A DNA stretch of 64,000 nt from Candidatus Moanibacter sp. (GTDB lineage: Bacteria > Verrucomicrobiota > Verrucomicrobiia > Opitutales > UBA2987). Position 1 is the first letter of the stretch; each line of letters opens with the position of its first letter. Of the stretch, positions 16,436 through 25,996 are shown piece by piece. The notes under the pieces are model-generated. The model had not been told where the DNA came from. It did no database searches and saw nothing but the letters and a program-made list of their open reading frames with translations. Location of the stretch: NCBI GenBank assembly GCA_965215885.1, contig CBDCEW010000105.1, forward strand, positions 320,001 to 384,000, read 5' to 3'. Position numbers and translations under genes: made by a program.

Positions 16436-18505
16436 ATGTACAAGTCCGTTCTGGTCCCGGTAGATAACTCAGAATATTCCAACCATGCCGTAAAGGTTGG
16501 TATCGAATTTGGAAAACGTTGTGATTCTAGGCTGACCGGTAATCACGTGTATGCCGCAAAGATGCATGATTATCGCTTCAAACAGATGGAGTTTACGCTA
16601 CCGGGGGAATACCTGCAGGAAGACGAACTGGAGCGACAGAGAAAGATCCATGACAGTCTGATCACGATGGGGTTGAAGCTCATTTCCGACTGCTACCTCA
16701 ATGACATGGATAAGCAGTGCAAAGAGGCGGGTGTGAAGATGGAGCGCAAGATGATGGACGGAAAGCATCATGTCGAACTTCTCAGGGACATCGAGGGTTC
16801 GAGCTACGACCTGACAATTCTGGGAATTAAAGGGATCGGGAAAACGAAGGACAGTCAGATCGGAGCAGTGTGCCACCAGATATCGAGCGAGGCCAAAGGT
16901 GATGTCTGGGTGGTAAAACATGTGCCGAAGGAGAATGAAGCGCCGAGGGACACGATTCTGGTCGGGATTGACGGAAGCCCGCAGTCATTTGGCGCTTTGA
17001 TGACGGCTGTCGATCTGGCCAGGAGATTCGAAAAAAAGCTCAGCCTGATTTCTGTATATGATCCCTACCTTCACTATATGGTATTCAATGGCATCGTTGA
17101 TGTGCTGACGGAGAGGGCGGCCAAGGTATTCAGATTCGAGGAACAGAATCAATTGCATGAGGAGATCATCGATACGGGGTTAGCGCAGATATATCAGTCG
17201 CATCTGGAGGTTGCGGCTCAGATGGCTAAGGATGAGGGAGTGGAAACCGACAAGGTGTTGCTTGATGGCAAAGCGTTCCAGAAGATGCTGGATTTTGCGC
17301 GCAAGAATCCACCTTGGGTTCTTGTTATAGGAAAAATCGGGGTGCATAGCGAAAACGGAACTTCTGGACTGGGGAGCAACACGGATAACCTTCTGAGACT
17401 TGCGCCCTGTGATGTTCTTCTGAGTTCGAAACTGGTGCATCCCAAACTCGATTTAAAAGCGGAAGAGAGCATCCAATGGACGCCGGAGGCTGAGGAACGG
17501 ATGGAACGCGTGCCCAAGCTGGTCAAAGGGATAGCGCGGACGGGCATTTTGCGACTTGCGGTTGAACAGGGGCACAGCGTGGTTACGAACTCGCTAATTG
17601 ATGAAGCTGTCGATCGATTTATGCCCAAAAGCGCAGCGAGGGCGACAAAGGACCTGGCGGAAGTCTTGGCGTTTGAAAAGGCGAGCCGAGGAGGCACAGC
17701 AATGTGCAGACACTGCGGCACGACAGCGACGGAAGAAAATCCCGTAAAATGTGCGGTTTGCGGAAATTCAGATTTTGAGCTGATTTCAGCCGAGATGGTT
17801 GACAAGATTGTGGCCTCGGAAGGGGGAAGCGAGGAGGAATCCACTTATGATGGGAAGAGACTCTCCTGGACGCGGGAGGCAAGGCGTCTCTTGCCTGCGA
17901 TAAAGGATAATTATCAAAAACGCCGTGCTAAGGCCTACATCGAAAAGGCTGCCCGCATACGCAAATTGAATACCGTAACTCTGGAATTCGCCGAGAAGTT
18001 CCTTGGGGAGCTTGGCCATGAAGAGAGCGTGAAAAGGCATCGCGAGGAGCGGGCCGATGGCGATTCGGCTGATTTGGAAGAATCGATCCTCGGAAACGGA
18101 ATGAAATTGATCGCTCGAGATAGTCAGAATAACCCGTTGAAGTCTGTCTTTGATTGGACGGAAGAGGCGGCGGAGCGCATTCTTCGGGTTCCTGCCGGAT
18201 TCATGCGCGACAGAGTGCAGAAAAAGGTTGAAGACATGGCCCTCGATGAGCGGATTTTTGAGATTGATCTCACTCTCATCGAGAGAGGAATTGCGGCCGG
18301 CCGGCAGATGATGGAAGAGATGCTGAAAACTGCCGGACTCGACCCGAATTCGGCCGGCAATGGAAATGGAAGGGAGGATGTTTCAGCGGTACCGGAGTAT
18401 ACCAGCACCCAGAGAAACGATTTCCCGCCTAATCATCCACCAAAAGAGATGATGAATGAAGAGGGAATCATGTCGGCGCTGGAGAAGAAGCGTTCAGGAA
18501 TGTGA
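16436..18505 (+). CDS. Tandem universal stress protein domains + three PCP_red-like domains + rubredoxin-like CxxC pair
   Basis: VLVPVDNS, ILVGIDGS, LGSNTDNLLRLAPCDVL; WTPEAEER, WTREARR, WTEEAAER repeats; CRHCG..CAVCG. Confidence 0.85.
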   Translation: MYKSVLVPVDNSEYSNHAVKVGIEFGKRCDSRLTGNHVYAAKMHDYRFKQMEFTLPGEYLQEDELERQRKIHDSLITMGLKLISDCYLNDMDKQCKEAGVKMERKMMDGKHHVELLRDIEGSSYDLTILGIKGIGKTKDSQIGAVCHQISSEAKGDVWVVKHVPKENEAPRDTILVGIDGSPQSFGALMTAVDLARRFEKKLSLISVYDPYLHYMVFNGIVDVLTERAAKVFRFEEQNQLHEEIIDTGLAQIYQSHLEVAAQMAKDEGVETDKVLLDGKAFQKMLDFARKNPPWVLVIGKIGVHSENGTSGLGSNTDNLLRLAPCDVLLSSKLVHPKLDLKAEESIQWTPEAEERMERVPKLVKGIARTGILRLAVEQGHSVVTNSLIDEAVDRFMPKSAARATKDLAEVLAFEKASRGGTAMCRHCGTTATEENPVKCAVCGNSDFELISAEMVDKIVASEGGSEEESTYDGKRLSWTREARRLLPAIKDNYQKRRAKAYIEKAARIRKLNTVTLEFAEKFLGELGHEESVKRHREERADGDSADLEESILGNGMKLIARDSQNNPLKSVFDWTEEAAERILRVPAGFMRDRVQKKVEDMALDERIFEIDLTLIERGIAAGRQMMEEMLKTAGLDPNSAGNGNGREDVSAVPEYTSTQRNDFPPNHPPKEMMNEEGIMSALEKKRSGM

Positions 18506-18586
18506 TCCGCAGTCCGAAGATTTTGAGGATCTCCGGACAGAAAGAGTGTTACCTAACGCGCTTTCGAATCAGGGTTTGTATCAGAA

Positions 18587-18618
18587 GAATCCGTCGGTCC
18601 CTAAGTCCGACAGATTCC
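18587..18618. repeat. Family A TIR-only hairpin
   Basis: GAATCCGTCGG..CCGACAGATTC. Confidence 0.65.
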
Positions 18619-18646
18619 CAATTTAGGTGCCTGTCGAATTTCGCTC

Positions 18647-19522
18647 ATGGCCTCTTTTCGATTTTGTCGGCCGGATGATATAGAGGAGTTGGTCGATGCA
18701 GTCAACCGGACCTATCTCGTGCATTTTCCGGGTCTGGCTCCTATGACTGTGGAGACTTTCAAGAGGGAGATAAAGGAACTCAACTTGTGGACCAGCTCGT
18801 GTATGCTGGCGACAGAGGATAGTGGACCAGTAGCAGTGCTGATCGCGGCGAAGCGACGGCGCTCCTCAGTCATACTTCGCTTGGGCGTTCATCCCGGATT
18901 CCAGCGATTAGGATACGGCTCTCATCTATTGGATTCTCTGCAGAGTAAGATGCACGTTTTAGGTCCCCCTTTGCTCACTGTAGAACTTGAGGAAAGGGAC
19001 GCCGAAAATTGCAGATTCTTTGAGAAACAAGGCCACCAGAAATTAGGGAGATTTACAGATTTTGAATTGAAGGGGAAACTCGAGCAGCCGGAACTCACTG
19101 AGCTCATAAGTGAGATATACATAGGAGATTTGGAAGACCGCTACCTGTTAGGGGAGGAGGGTGAGGAATTGGATGTAGACGAGGCGCTACCGTGGATTCG
19201 ACAGACGGAAACACTGCGGAACCGAATGGAAGAAATGAGAGGATTTGGTATACCTGATCTGGATGGAATTGCGGCTTATGTGTTTGCAAGGGACGCCTCT
19301 GAAGAGAACAAACGATTTGTTGATGTTTGTGCTCTCGGTTGCCGCGACGGAGAGAAAACGCCTCTATATATGAGCATCCTTCTTCGGTACGTATCGAAGA
19401 CGTTCGAAATGGGCGTCCGCATCCCCCGCCTTTCGGAGCGAGAGATTCCTTACGAAATCTTGGAAGATCTCGGATTTGAAAAGAGGCGAGAGTATATTCA
19501 GTATGGGATGCGGACGCAGTAG
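18647..19522 (+). CDS. GNAT family N-acetyltransferase
   Basis: LGVHPGFQRLGYGSHLL motif A; RFFEKQG. Confidence 0.8.
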   Translation: MASFRFCRPDDIEELVDAVNRTYLVHFPGLAPMTVETFKREIKELNLWTSSCMLATEDSGPVAVLIAAKRRRSSVILRLGVHPGFQRLGYGSHLLDSLQSKMHVLGPPLLTVELEERDAENCRFFEKQGHQKLGRFTDFELKGKLEQPELTELISEIYIGDLEDRYLLGEEGEELDVDEALPWIRQTETLRNRMEEMRGFGIPDLDGIAAYVFARDASEENKRFVDVCALGCRDGEKTPLYMSILLRYVSKTFEMGVRIPRLSEREIPYEILEDLGFEKRREYIQYGMRTQ

Positions 19523-19583
19523 TTTGGGGTTAGTTTCTCTATGCCTTCTGGTTTAATCACAACGTCCAACGTCCAATACAAGG

Positions 19584-19772
19584 CTAGCCCGAACATTTCA
19601 CAAATCTTCTGCTACGACCTCGGATGTCACTGCGTCTCAAAGCCTTCCCTTGTCCGGCGACCTCAGAGGGTTCCAACACGCTGTCGCCCGCCGTGCTGCG
19701 GAAAGGCACTGATACGCAGTCCCGGCGCGCCGGGACAGTCTCACTACGAAGTGTGTGAAATGTCCGGGCTAG
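19584..19772. mobile_element. 189-bp MITE-like element (family B), copy 1
   Basis: CTAGCCCGAACATTTCACA...TGTGAAATGTCCGGGCTAG; near-identical inverted copy at 53316-53504. Confidence 0.88.
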
Positions 19773-20018
19773 GAGAAGACTAACATAAAAGGAGAGAAAA
19801 GATGAGCAAAAAGAAATACAACTTATCCGGATTTTTTTCACCAGCATCCGTACGGCAAAAGAAAATTCCGATGAATAAAGAGTACAGCCACGGGCCTGGT
19901 CACCAGAATGTTGCACTTGGACGTTGGGCGTTGGATGTTGAGCGTTGAATATTCAGATTCGTCCCATTGGGCGGGACTTCGCCAAAAATAAAAACCCGAC
20001 AGTCCCATCGAACTTTCA

Positions 20019-20450
20019 TTGCACAGGTATAGACAAATAGCTCGAGACTGGCTCCTCCCAACGAGCGACGGTCAGTCCTATCATCGCGCTGCTGTGATCT
20101 ATTTCATCTACGGAATGGTGTATATGGGAGGAGCGATTGCGCAGCTTACACCTGAGCGCAAAGTAGACTTCTTCGGAACAGTGCCGTGGTGGACTTTTTA
20201 TATTTTCGGCGCGGTCGTCCTGGTCGGGTTTCCAATTCTGGTTTGGTTCCGCTTCAAATGGTTTACCAGGATAATTGCGTTCGGGCCATCTGCAAAAGCG
20301 ATCACCCTCATCGGCAGGGAAGTGCGATCGTTGATGAAAGGTGAGCCAATGAATCTGTTCTATTGGATCTTCGCTGTCGTTGCGGTTTGGGCCGCGGTGC
20401 ACCTTTTCCGGGCAGGATGGGGTAGGGAAAGGAGGAATGATGAAAGATGA
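20019..20450 (+). CDS. Hypothetical membrane protein
   Basis: Three to four hydrophobic segments; start uncertain. Confidence 0.6.
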   Translation: MHRYRQIARDWLLPTSDGQSYHRAAVIYFIYGMVYMGGAIAQLTPERKVDFFGTVPWWTFYIFGAVVLVGFPILVWFRFKWFTRIIAFGPSAKAITLIGREVRSLMKGEPMNLFYWIFAVVAVWAAVHLFRAGWGRERRNDER

Positions 20451-20459
20451 TGGGCAAAA

Positions 20460-20515
20460 GGAAGAATCTGCCGACGGATGGGAATTGCCCGCTAAGCACG
20501 CGAAAAAGCGCGAAA
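20460..20515 (+). repeat. Dispersed ~56-bp repeat, copy 2
   Basis: Matches 12399-12454. Confidence 0.85.
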
Positions 20516-20561
20516 TTGGAGGGAGAAGATGAAGGATGAAACGGCCAGGGACCAATCGCGA

Positions 20562-22208
20562 TCAGGCGGATTGGGGGGCGGGTTCCGGCGATCCAGTGTA
20601 TTTCCTGCGCACGAAAAAGATGATGAGGATTTCGGCGAGAAGGGTCAGGAATCCGTAGGTCAACATTGGCCCAATGGGAGATTGGGTATCGGCGGGAGTG
20701 AGGTAGATGCTGTACCAGGGAGTTATCCCCGTTCGAACGCCTGTTTCGCGGTTAAATCCATCCCAAACGAAAAAGGAGAGGGGCAGGAACTCGCCCTCGA
20801 CAAACGGTATTGCATCAGTCTGGTCCCGCCTTTGCTTGAAAATGACGGACCATTCACCGTTTTCGTATTTCGAGGAAACCAAAACACCGTTTGACTCGCT
20901 TGCGATGAGATTCTGAAAACCGTTTCCGGTATACTGCTTTACGGTCTCTCCCTGAGCGAGGTCGACGAACCATACGTTCACAGCATTCTTCGCGTCCCCA
21001 AAAAGAAAATACGGTTTCTTGAACCCCTCCGGCATCTTTTGCGGCCACTGAATCGCGATGGCATCGGAAAATTGCGGGTTCTCCTGGTCTTCTTCACTGA
21101 TTACACGGGACGTCTGGTGCAAGTCTTCCTCCCCCAGTGAAGCATCGGGTGCATTTTCTCCGGTTGTGTCAGCGGTCATATCGTGCCATGTTACAAGGAT
21201 GGCGAATTCCTCGGCGTTGTAGACGGCCTGCACTTCGATCGCGTTAGTCGATGGCGCGAGCAAGCGGCCCGGTTCAATAACCTGGCCAACGACCGGGAAA
21301 TGAGAAATGGTGGCGTTCGCGAACAATTCCTTTCCCCGCGCGGGATCTAAGTCGCCCTCGACAGGTTCAGCGACGAGCGTCGTTGAGAAATCAGTCTCAT
21401 CACGCTCCGAAAGGGAATAGATATAATTTACGAGGTCCCAACGCTCATTTTCGGGGATCGAGTCCTGGTAAGAGGGCATTGGGGTGCCGTTAAGCCCCGT
21501 TGTGAAGGTGCGATAGATGTCTTTGCGAGTGGGGCCGCCACGGAAGGACCATCGTTTTGTGAGGTCGGCGGGGCGGATATGGTACTTTTCCGGGCCGAAA
21601 TCATCCTCGAGTGTAGGCGCGGAAACTCCATCCGACCTGCCCTGATCTCCGTGACAGGTATAGCACTCATTCTTTACATAGAGGTCACGGCCGCGAGTTG
21701 CGGATTCTTCGGAGTACTTTGGAGCTTTCTCGAAATCGATTGGAACAGGCACGAAATCCGGGTCCTCGAAGTCTTCGTTAAACGTCTTCAGGTAGTAGAC
21801 AAGATTGGTAATCTCTTCATCGTTGAAGTTGGAAAACGCCGGCATGGCGCTGAATGGCATGCCGACACGGATGATATGCTTAATATCTCCCGTAGTGGGC
21901 AACTCTCCGCTCGGTGTGGTACGTACTTTGTACTTGCCGCTAGTGAAATCTCTCGGCTTCGGCGCGAAATGGAGGAAGGCGCTTCCCTTCCCGTCACCGT
22001 TGTCGCCATGGCAGTGGGCGCAAAAATCCTGGTAGAGTTCCTTCCCGGCATTTATCTGCGCTTCGGTTCCCAAATCTGTCCCCTGTGAGTGAAGGAGCGG
22101 TGATAAAAAGAGCCAGAAGGCAATCAATCCAAGATAGTAGCGAAAAGACGGTGGCGTGATTAGGTAGCCACTGCTTACTGAATATTGCCTTTGTCCGGGA
22201 GCAATCAT
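20562..22208 (-). CDS. Diheme cytochrome c with ethylbenzene-dehydrogenase-gamma-like heme domain and C-terminal TM anchor
   Basis: CAHCH and CYTCH; PRDFTSGKYK; FSDAIAIQWP..KPYFLFG..FFVWDG; ATG overlaps the upstream stop at 22208. Confidence 0.85.
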   Translation of the reverse strand: MIAPGQRQYSVSSGYLITPPSFRYYLGLIAFWLFLSPLLHSQGTDLGTEAQINAGKELYQDFCAHCHGDNGDGKGSAFLHFAPKPRDFTSGKYKVRTTPSGELPTTGDIKHIIRVGMPFSAMPAFSNFNDEEITNLVYYLKTFNEDFEDPDFVPVPIDFEKAPKYSEESATRGRDLYVKNECYTCHGDQGRSDGVSAPTLEDDFGPEKYHIRPADLTKRWSFRGGPTRKDIYRTFTTGLNGTPMPSYQDSIPENERWDLVNYIYSLSERDETDFSTTLVAEPVEGDLDPARGKELFANATISHFPVVGQVIEPGRLLAPSTNAIEVQAVYNAEEFAILVTWHDMTADTTGENAPDASLGEEDLHQTSRVISEEDQENPQFSDAIAIQWPQKMPEGFKKPYFLFGDAKNAVNVWFVDLAQGETVKQYTGNGFQNLIASESNGVLVSSKYENGEWSVIFKQRRDQTDAIPFVEGEFLPLSFFVWDGFNRETGVRTGITPWYSIYLTPADTQSPIGPMLTYGFLTLLAEILIIFFVRRKYTGSPEPAPQSA

Positions 22209-23044
22209 CAGTGTGCGAGTTCCATGTCGGCACGGGGTATGGTGTTGGTGAATCGATAAACAAACATCGTAACATCCCAAATTTCCTTTTCGGTGAGAAA
22301 TTTCTCCCAGGTCGGCATGGCGGAACTCCAGGGACCCGACTCGTCAGGGAGACCCGGTCCCCCTTTTGCGATTCGCCAGAATACGTAATTTTCCTGTAGT
22401 TGGGCGATGGTGCCGGAGTCGGCCAGATTGGCCGGAATGGGGTTAAACCCATGAGCAAAGAGACCGTTCCCTTCGAGCGTATCACCGTGACAGAAAACAC
22501 AGTTGTCATAGTAGACTTTACGCCCGTTTTGGACGTGCTTCATGAATTCGTCCGGATTCTCGACTTCCAGTTTTCGATACGGATTCTCGAAATCCGCGAG
22601 TTGGATTTGCTTCCCATCAAACGTAAACTGGGTGGGTGGAGCGGGGTGAATGGAGCGACCGAACACGGGCGCAACAATCTCAACCTGCATTCCGGCATAG
22701 ACTCTCCAGGCGACGAAGAGGGGAAGGAGAATAGTGACCAGGGTAAGTGGAATTCTAAACTTTCTGTTTACGATAAACTGGGTCAGAGAACCCGTAACTT
22801 CCTTCAGAATTCCTGTATCTGAGGAGATGAAAAAGAGCAGGGCAATTGTGATGATTGCCATGAACATCTGGACGATAGAGGCTGGGAGAGGCGGGATGAT
22901 TGAGAATCTTAAGATAACGAATAGTCCAATCCACCATGCCACGATCCAGAAGAGAACATTCATCCAAAATGGGCTTCGGGTCTTTCCATAAATGGAGAGG
23001 GCGACCATCACGCCTACAACACTGGCGAGGATAATGAGATTCAT
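22208..23044 (-). CDS. Membrane-anchored monoheme cytochrome c
   Basis: Four N-terminal TMs; CVFCH; PWSSAMP axial Met. Confidence 0.88.
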   Translation of the reverse strand: MNLIILASVVGVMVALSIYGKTRSPFWMNVLFWIVAWWIGLFVILRFSIIPPLPASIVQMFMAIITIALLFFISSDTGILKEVTGSLTQFIVNRKFRIPLTLVTILLPLFVAWRVYAGMQVEIVAPVFGRSIHPAPPTQFTFDGKQIQLADFENPYRKLEVENPDEFMKHVQNGRKVYYDNCVFCHGDTLEGNGLFAHGFNPIPANLADSGTIAQLQENYVFWRIAKGGPGLPDESGPWSSAMPTWEKFLTEKEIWDVTMFVYRFTNTIPRADMELAH

Positions 23045-23890
23045 TTATTCACCTGTCCTGGAAGCTAGAAAATCAACGATTGATTTAAGCTGTGCCGGTG
23101 TGATCTGTTCGTAAAAGCCGGTACCGTTCAATGTCGCAATCATAAGGCCCGGTTGATAGCCTTCGGTGAGGAAGGCATCGGGTTCGATGATGGATTCGTA
23201 AATCTCGCCTTTAGTCCGATTCGTTCCAATATCGTAGAGGCTGGGACCGAGCATCTTTACAGGAGCTGTATAGTTATGGCAAGCGATGCAGGCGTATTTT
23301 GTCATCAACTCTTCCGGTCCGAGATCCGCTGCCACCATCTCCGCGGGTGAATCCACTGCCTGTCCCGGTTCAGCGGCAACCACTTCGCCATCTCCTGCAG
23401 ATTCAGTTTCGTCACCACCGGCGAAATACTTGAGCATGGTATCGGGAGTCACCGTAGGGGTGCCGCCCAAGCTCTGCAGGTAAGCAATAACTGCGAGAAT
23501 CTCCGGTTCGGTAAGGTTGATCGGCGCCTTATTGACGGGTGTCATGATCGGATTGAATCCTTCCACGACATAGACGAGGGGTTCGAAGAGAGATTCGGCG
23601 AGGTAATCAATATCGTTGTATCCCTCCCGGCGGGTCGAGGCCCGCTGCCCGATTCCGGCGAGATCAGGCGCCCTGTTTCCGGGAGATCCGATTGTATGGC
23701 AGAGAGTACAGGTGCCTTTGGCGGATGCGATCTCCTGCCCCGCGGCGACCATATCATCCACGCTCATGTCGGCGCGAATTTCCGTGCTCTCGGGGGGGTG
23801 TGTCTCCTTCTGGGGAACCTGCTGCCCTACATACCAGTAGAAGAGGGTCGTGAAAATGGTGAGGAGGACGATTTTCAGAAGATTCGTCAT
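23045..23890 (-). CDS. Membrane-anchored diheme cytochrome c
   Basis: N-terminal TM; CTLCH and CIACH; YLAESLFEP. Confidence 0.88.
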   Translation of the reverse strand: MTNLLKIVLLTIFTTLFYWYVGQQVPQKETHPPESTEIRADMSVDDMVAAGQEIASAKGTCTLCHTIGSPGNRAPDLAGIGQRASTRREGYNDIDYLAESLFEPLVYVVEGFNPIMTPVNKAPINLTEPEILAVIAYLQSLGGTPTVTPDTMLKYFAGGDETESAGDGEVVAAEPGQAVDSPAEMVAADLGPEELMTKYACIACHNYTAPVKMLGPSLYDIGTNRTKGEIYESIIEPDAFLTEGYQPGLMIATLNGTGFYEQITPAQLKSIVDFLASRTGE

Positions 23891-25767
23891 GCTCTTTCGT
23901 CCACCGGTTTCCTGGGCTCCCAGTTCCTTCGGTTGTGGAGATCCGCCAGCCAGAAGTTCACAATAATGAATCCAAAAAATATGAGGACGACAATCGAGAC
24001 GACGGTGCTGGCGAAACCGAGCGTGGGCGTGAATGCATCCGCGGAGGTATCCTGCATGACTTCATAGACATGCCAGTGCAGGCGCAGGCCGGAGCGGACG
24101 TAGCCCATCAGCCCCATCAGCCAGGTAAAAGTGACAGCCAGGAAGAAGAGCGTGTACTGGGCGCGGTTGGAGATTTTCCCCCACCTGATTTTGCCAAACT
24201 CAGGCGCGTTCCGAAATATGACAATGTCAAGCGCGGTTGCCAGAATAAGCACCATGAGGACAGATGATACCTGAAGGACGGAGAAGCCGATGCGTATGGT
24301 TGCTTCGACAAAGTACCCGTAGATTCCGTAAAAAATAACGATACCGGACGAAAGGACAAATAGGAGCGCCTGTCCCCAGACACCGCGGCTCTGAAATGCA
24401 AGCACAAGTGCCGCGGTGATACCGATCGCTTCGATCAATATCAGCATCCAGGGATTGCGAAACAGGATTAGAAGGAGGAGAGTCAGAAGAGCTGTCAGAA
24501 GAAGCGCAATTTTAGAAGTAGTGGACTGTTGAGCCATCGGGAGGGGCTTGCCCTTATTGCCGCGGCGATACAACAGGAAACTGAGATAGGTGGTGAGGAT
24601 GAGAATGTTTACGGCGGTGTTCTTTGCCGACATGACCCCGAGGATACCGAGAACGGGGTGATGCGCGCCGCCCATCTGCCGCTGTTCCTGAACACTGGCA
24701 ACAAGCGAATGCGGGGTTGCCCATACGATGAAACAGATCGTGACGAGGCCGAGAAGATATTTTATGTATTTCCTATAGCGCTCGGCGCCTTCGATCCGTT
24801 CCATTCCAAGCCAAAGGTAGTAATTCGCGCCGAGGAAGAGCATGCCGATAAGGACGGCTTGGATGATAAATAACCAGGAGAATGCTCCGCCCATTAGAAC
24901 CATGCCCAATTGAGCGCGAAAGGCGTAAATCTCGCTACCCAGCCAGTAACCCGCAAAAGGGAGGGGAAGGAGGGCGCAGATGGCGATGAAATTTCCAACG
25001 TAACCCATCCAGTCGTAGTGAGCCCGCTCTTCGTCAGTAGTCGCACTGAGAAACTTGAAACCGCCATAAGCCGCGGCGATGGAACCGCCGAGGCAGAGGT
25101 TTGCGATGAGCCGGTGGATGTTGATAGGCATCCAGGTATAGTTGTTGACCGCGTCCCAGGTGCTGACGAGGTTTCCGGCCTCATCGATCCCGCTGGGTGA
25201 CATCATAAAGGAGAGCCAGGCGTTGGCGATAAACATAATAAGGGTACCCACGATATTAAGGCAGATACCGAGGAATAGATGCATACGCGGCGAGAACTTT
25301 CCCCAACCGTAATAGTAGCTGTAGAGAAAGACGGCTTCCCCGAAAAAGAGCAGACCGTATGGCCAAAAGGTGACGCTGAAAATTGATACGAGGTAGTTGG
25401 TGAACCTGGGGTAGAGGATCATCAACATGAAGGTGAGGAGGGCGCCCAGGGTGGCGGTAAAAGAAAAAGATACGGTGAGCAGGCCGGTAAACTCGTGGGC
25501 AAGTTTATCGTAACGTTTGTCGCCCGTCTTGTAACCGATGAACTCGATGAGAAGGGCAAACATGGGAACAGCCAGGACGAAGGCCGCATACATGAGGTGG
25601 AGTTCTCCTACGACCCAGATCGCGACACGACTTCCGATCTTGGGAAAGTCGCGGTATTCAGCATCAACTCCTGCTTCTGCCTGGGCCCAGAGACGGGTTG
25701 CACCCATTAGGAGGACGAGGAGAAGGAGCGAAAATCCAAGGAGCTTGCGATGCCGATTCAGTTTCAG
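23887..25767 (-). CDS. Cytochrome bd-like oxidase subunit I homolog (CydA-like, Nitrospira-type)
   Basis: ELHLMYAAFVLAVP, RYDKLAHEF, ANAWLSFMMSP, INIHRLIAN, MGYVRSGLR; first ATG at 25707 but frame is open to CTG 25767. Confidence 0.8.
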   Translation of the reverse strand: MKLNRHRKLLGFSLLLLVLLMGATRLWAQAEAGVDAEYRDFPKIGSRVAIWVVGELHLMYAAFVLAVPMFALLIEFIGYKTGDKRYDKLAHEFTGLLTVSFSFTATLGALLTFMLMILYPRFTNYLVSIFSVTFWPYGLLFFGEAVFLYSYYYGWGKFSPRMHLFLGICLNIVGTLIMFIANAWLSFMMSPSGIDEAGNLVSTWDAVNNYTWMPINIHRLIANLCLGGSIAAAYGGFKFLSATTDEERAHYDWMGYVGNFIAICALLPLPFAGYWLGSEIYAFRAQLGMVLMGGAFSWLFIIQAVLIGMLFLGANYYLWLGMERIEGAERYRKYIKYLLGLVTICFIVWATPHSLVASVQEQRQMGGAHHPVLGILGVMSAKNTAVNILILTTYLSFLLYRRGNKGKPLPMAQQSTTSKIALLLTALLTLLLLILFRNPWMLILIEAIGITAALVLAFQSRGVWGQALLFVLSSGIVIFYGIYGYFVEATIRIGFSVLQVSSVLMVLILATALDIVIFRNAPEFGKIRWGKISNRAQYTLFFLAVTFTWLMGLMGYVRSGLRLHWHVYEVMQDTSADAFTPTLGFASTVVSIVVLIFFGFIIVNFWLADLHNRRNWEPRKPVDERA

Positions 25768-25996
25768 GTATCCTTATACAAGAGGGTTAGGAATTGATCG
25801 TTGAACCAATGCAGATAATGGACTTCGCGGCAAGTCGAGAGTGCGAAATCTGGGAAATGGATTGCTCGCACAAAGAGCAGCGAGTATCGAGGTGCCTGGA
25901 CCGCGTCGCGAGACCACTGATGACTCTCTTTGCTAGGTACTTGAGTACTGAATTCCGGGCGAACAATACCGGGCAGGAACCCGGCGCGACGGATTT

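Noticed and set aside
12861..18505. Photosynthesis or DPOR gene cluster
   Set aside because: Only the small C-terminal PCP_red-like domain is present; no BchN/B catalytic domains, and the ATPase is Mrp-type
20562..25767. Nitrite oxidoreductase or alternative complex III
   Set aside because: No molybdopterin, Fe-S or NrfD-type subunits in the window
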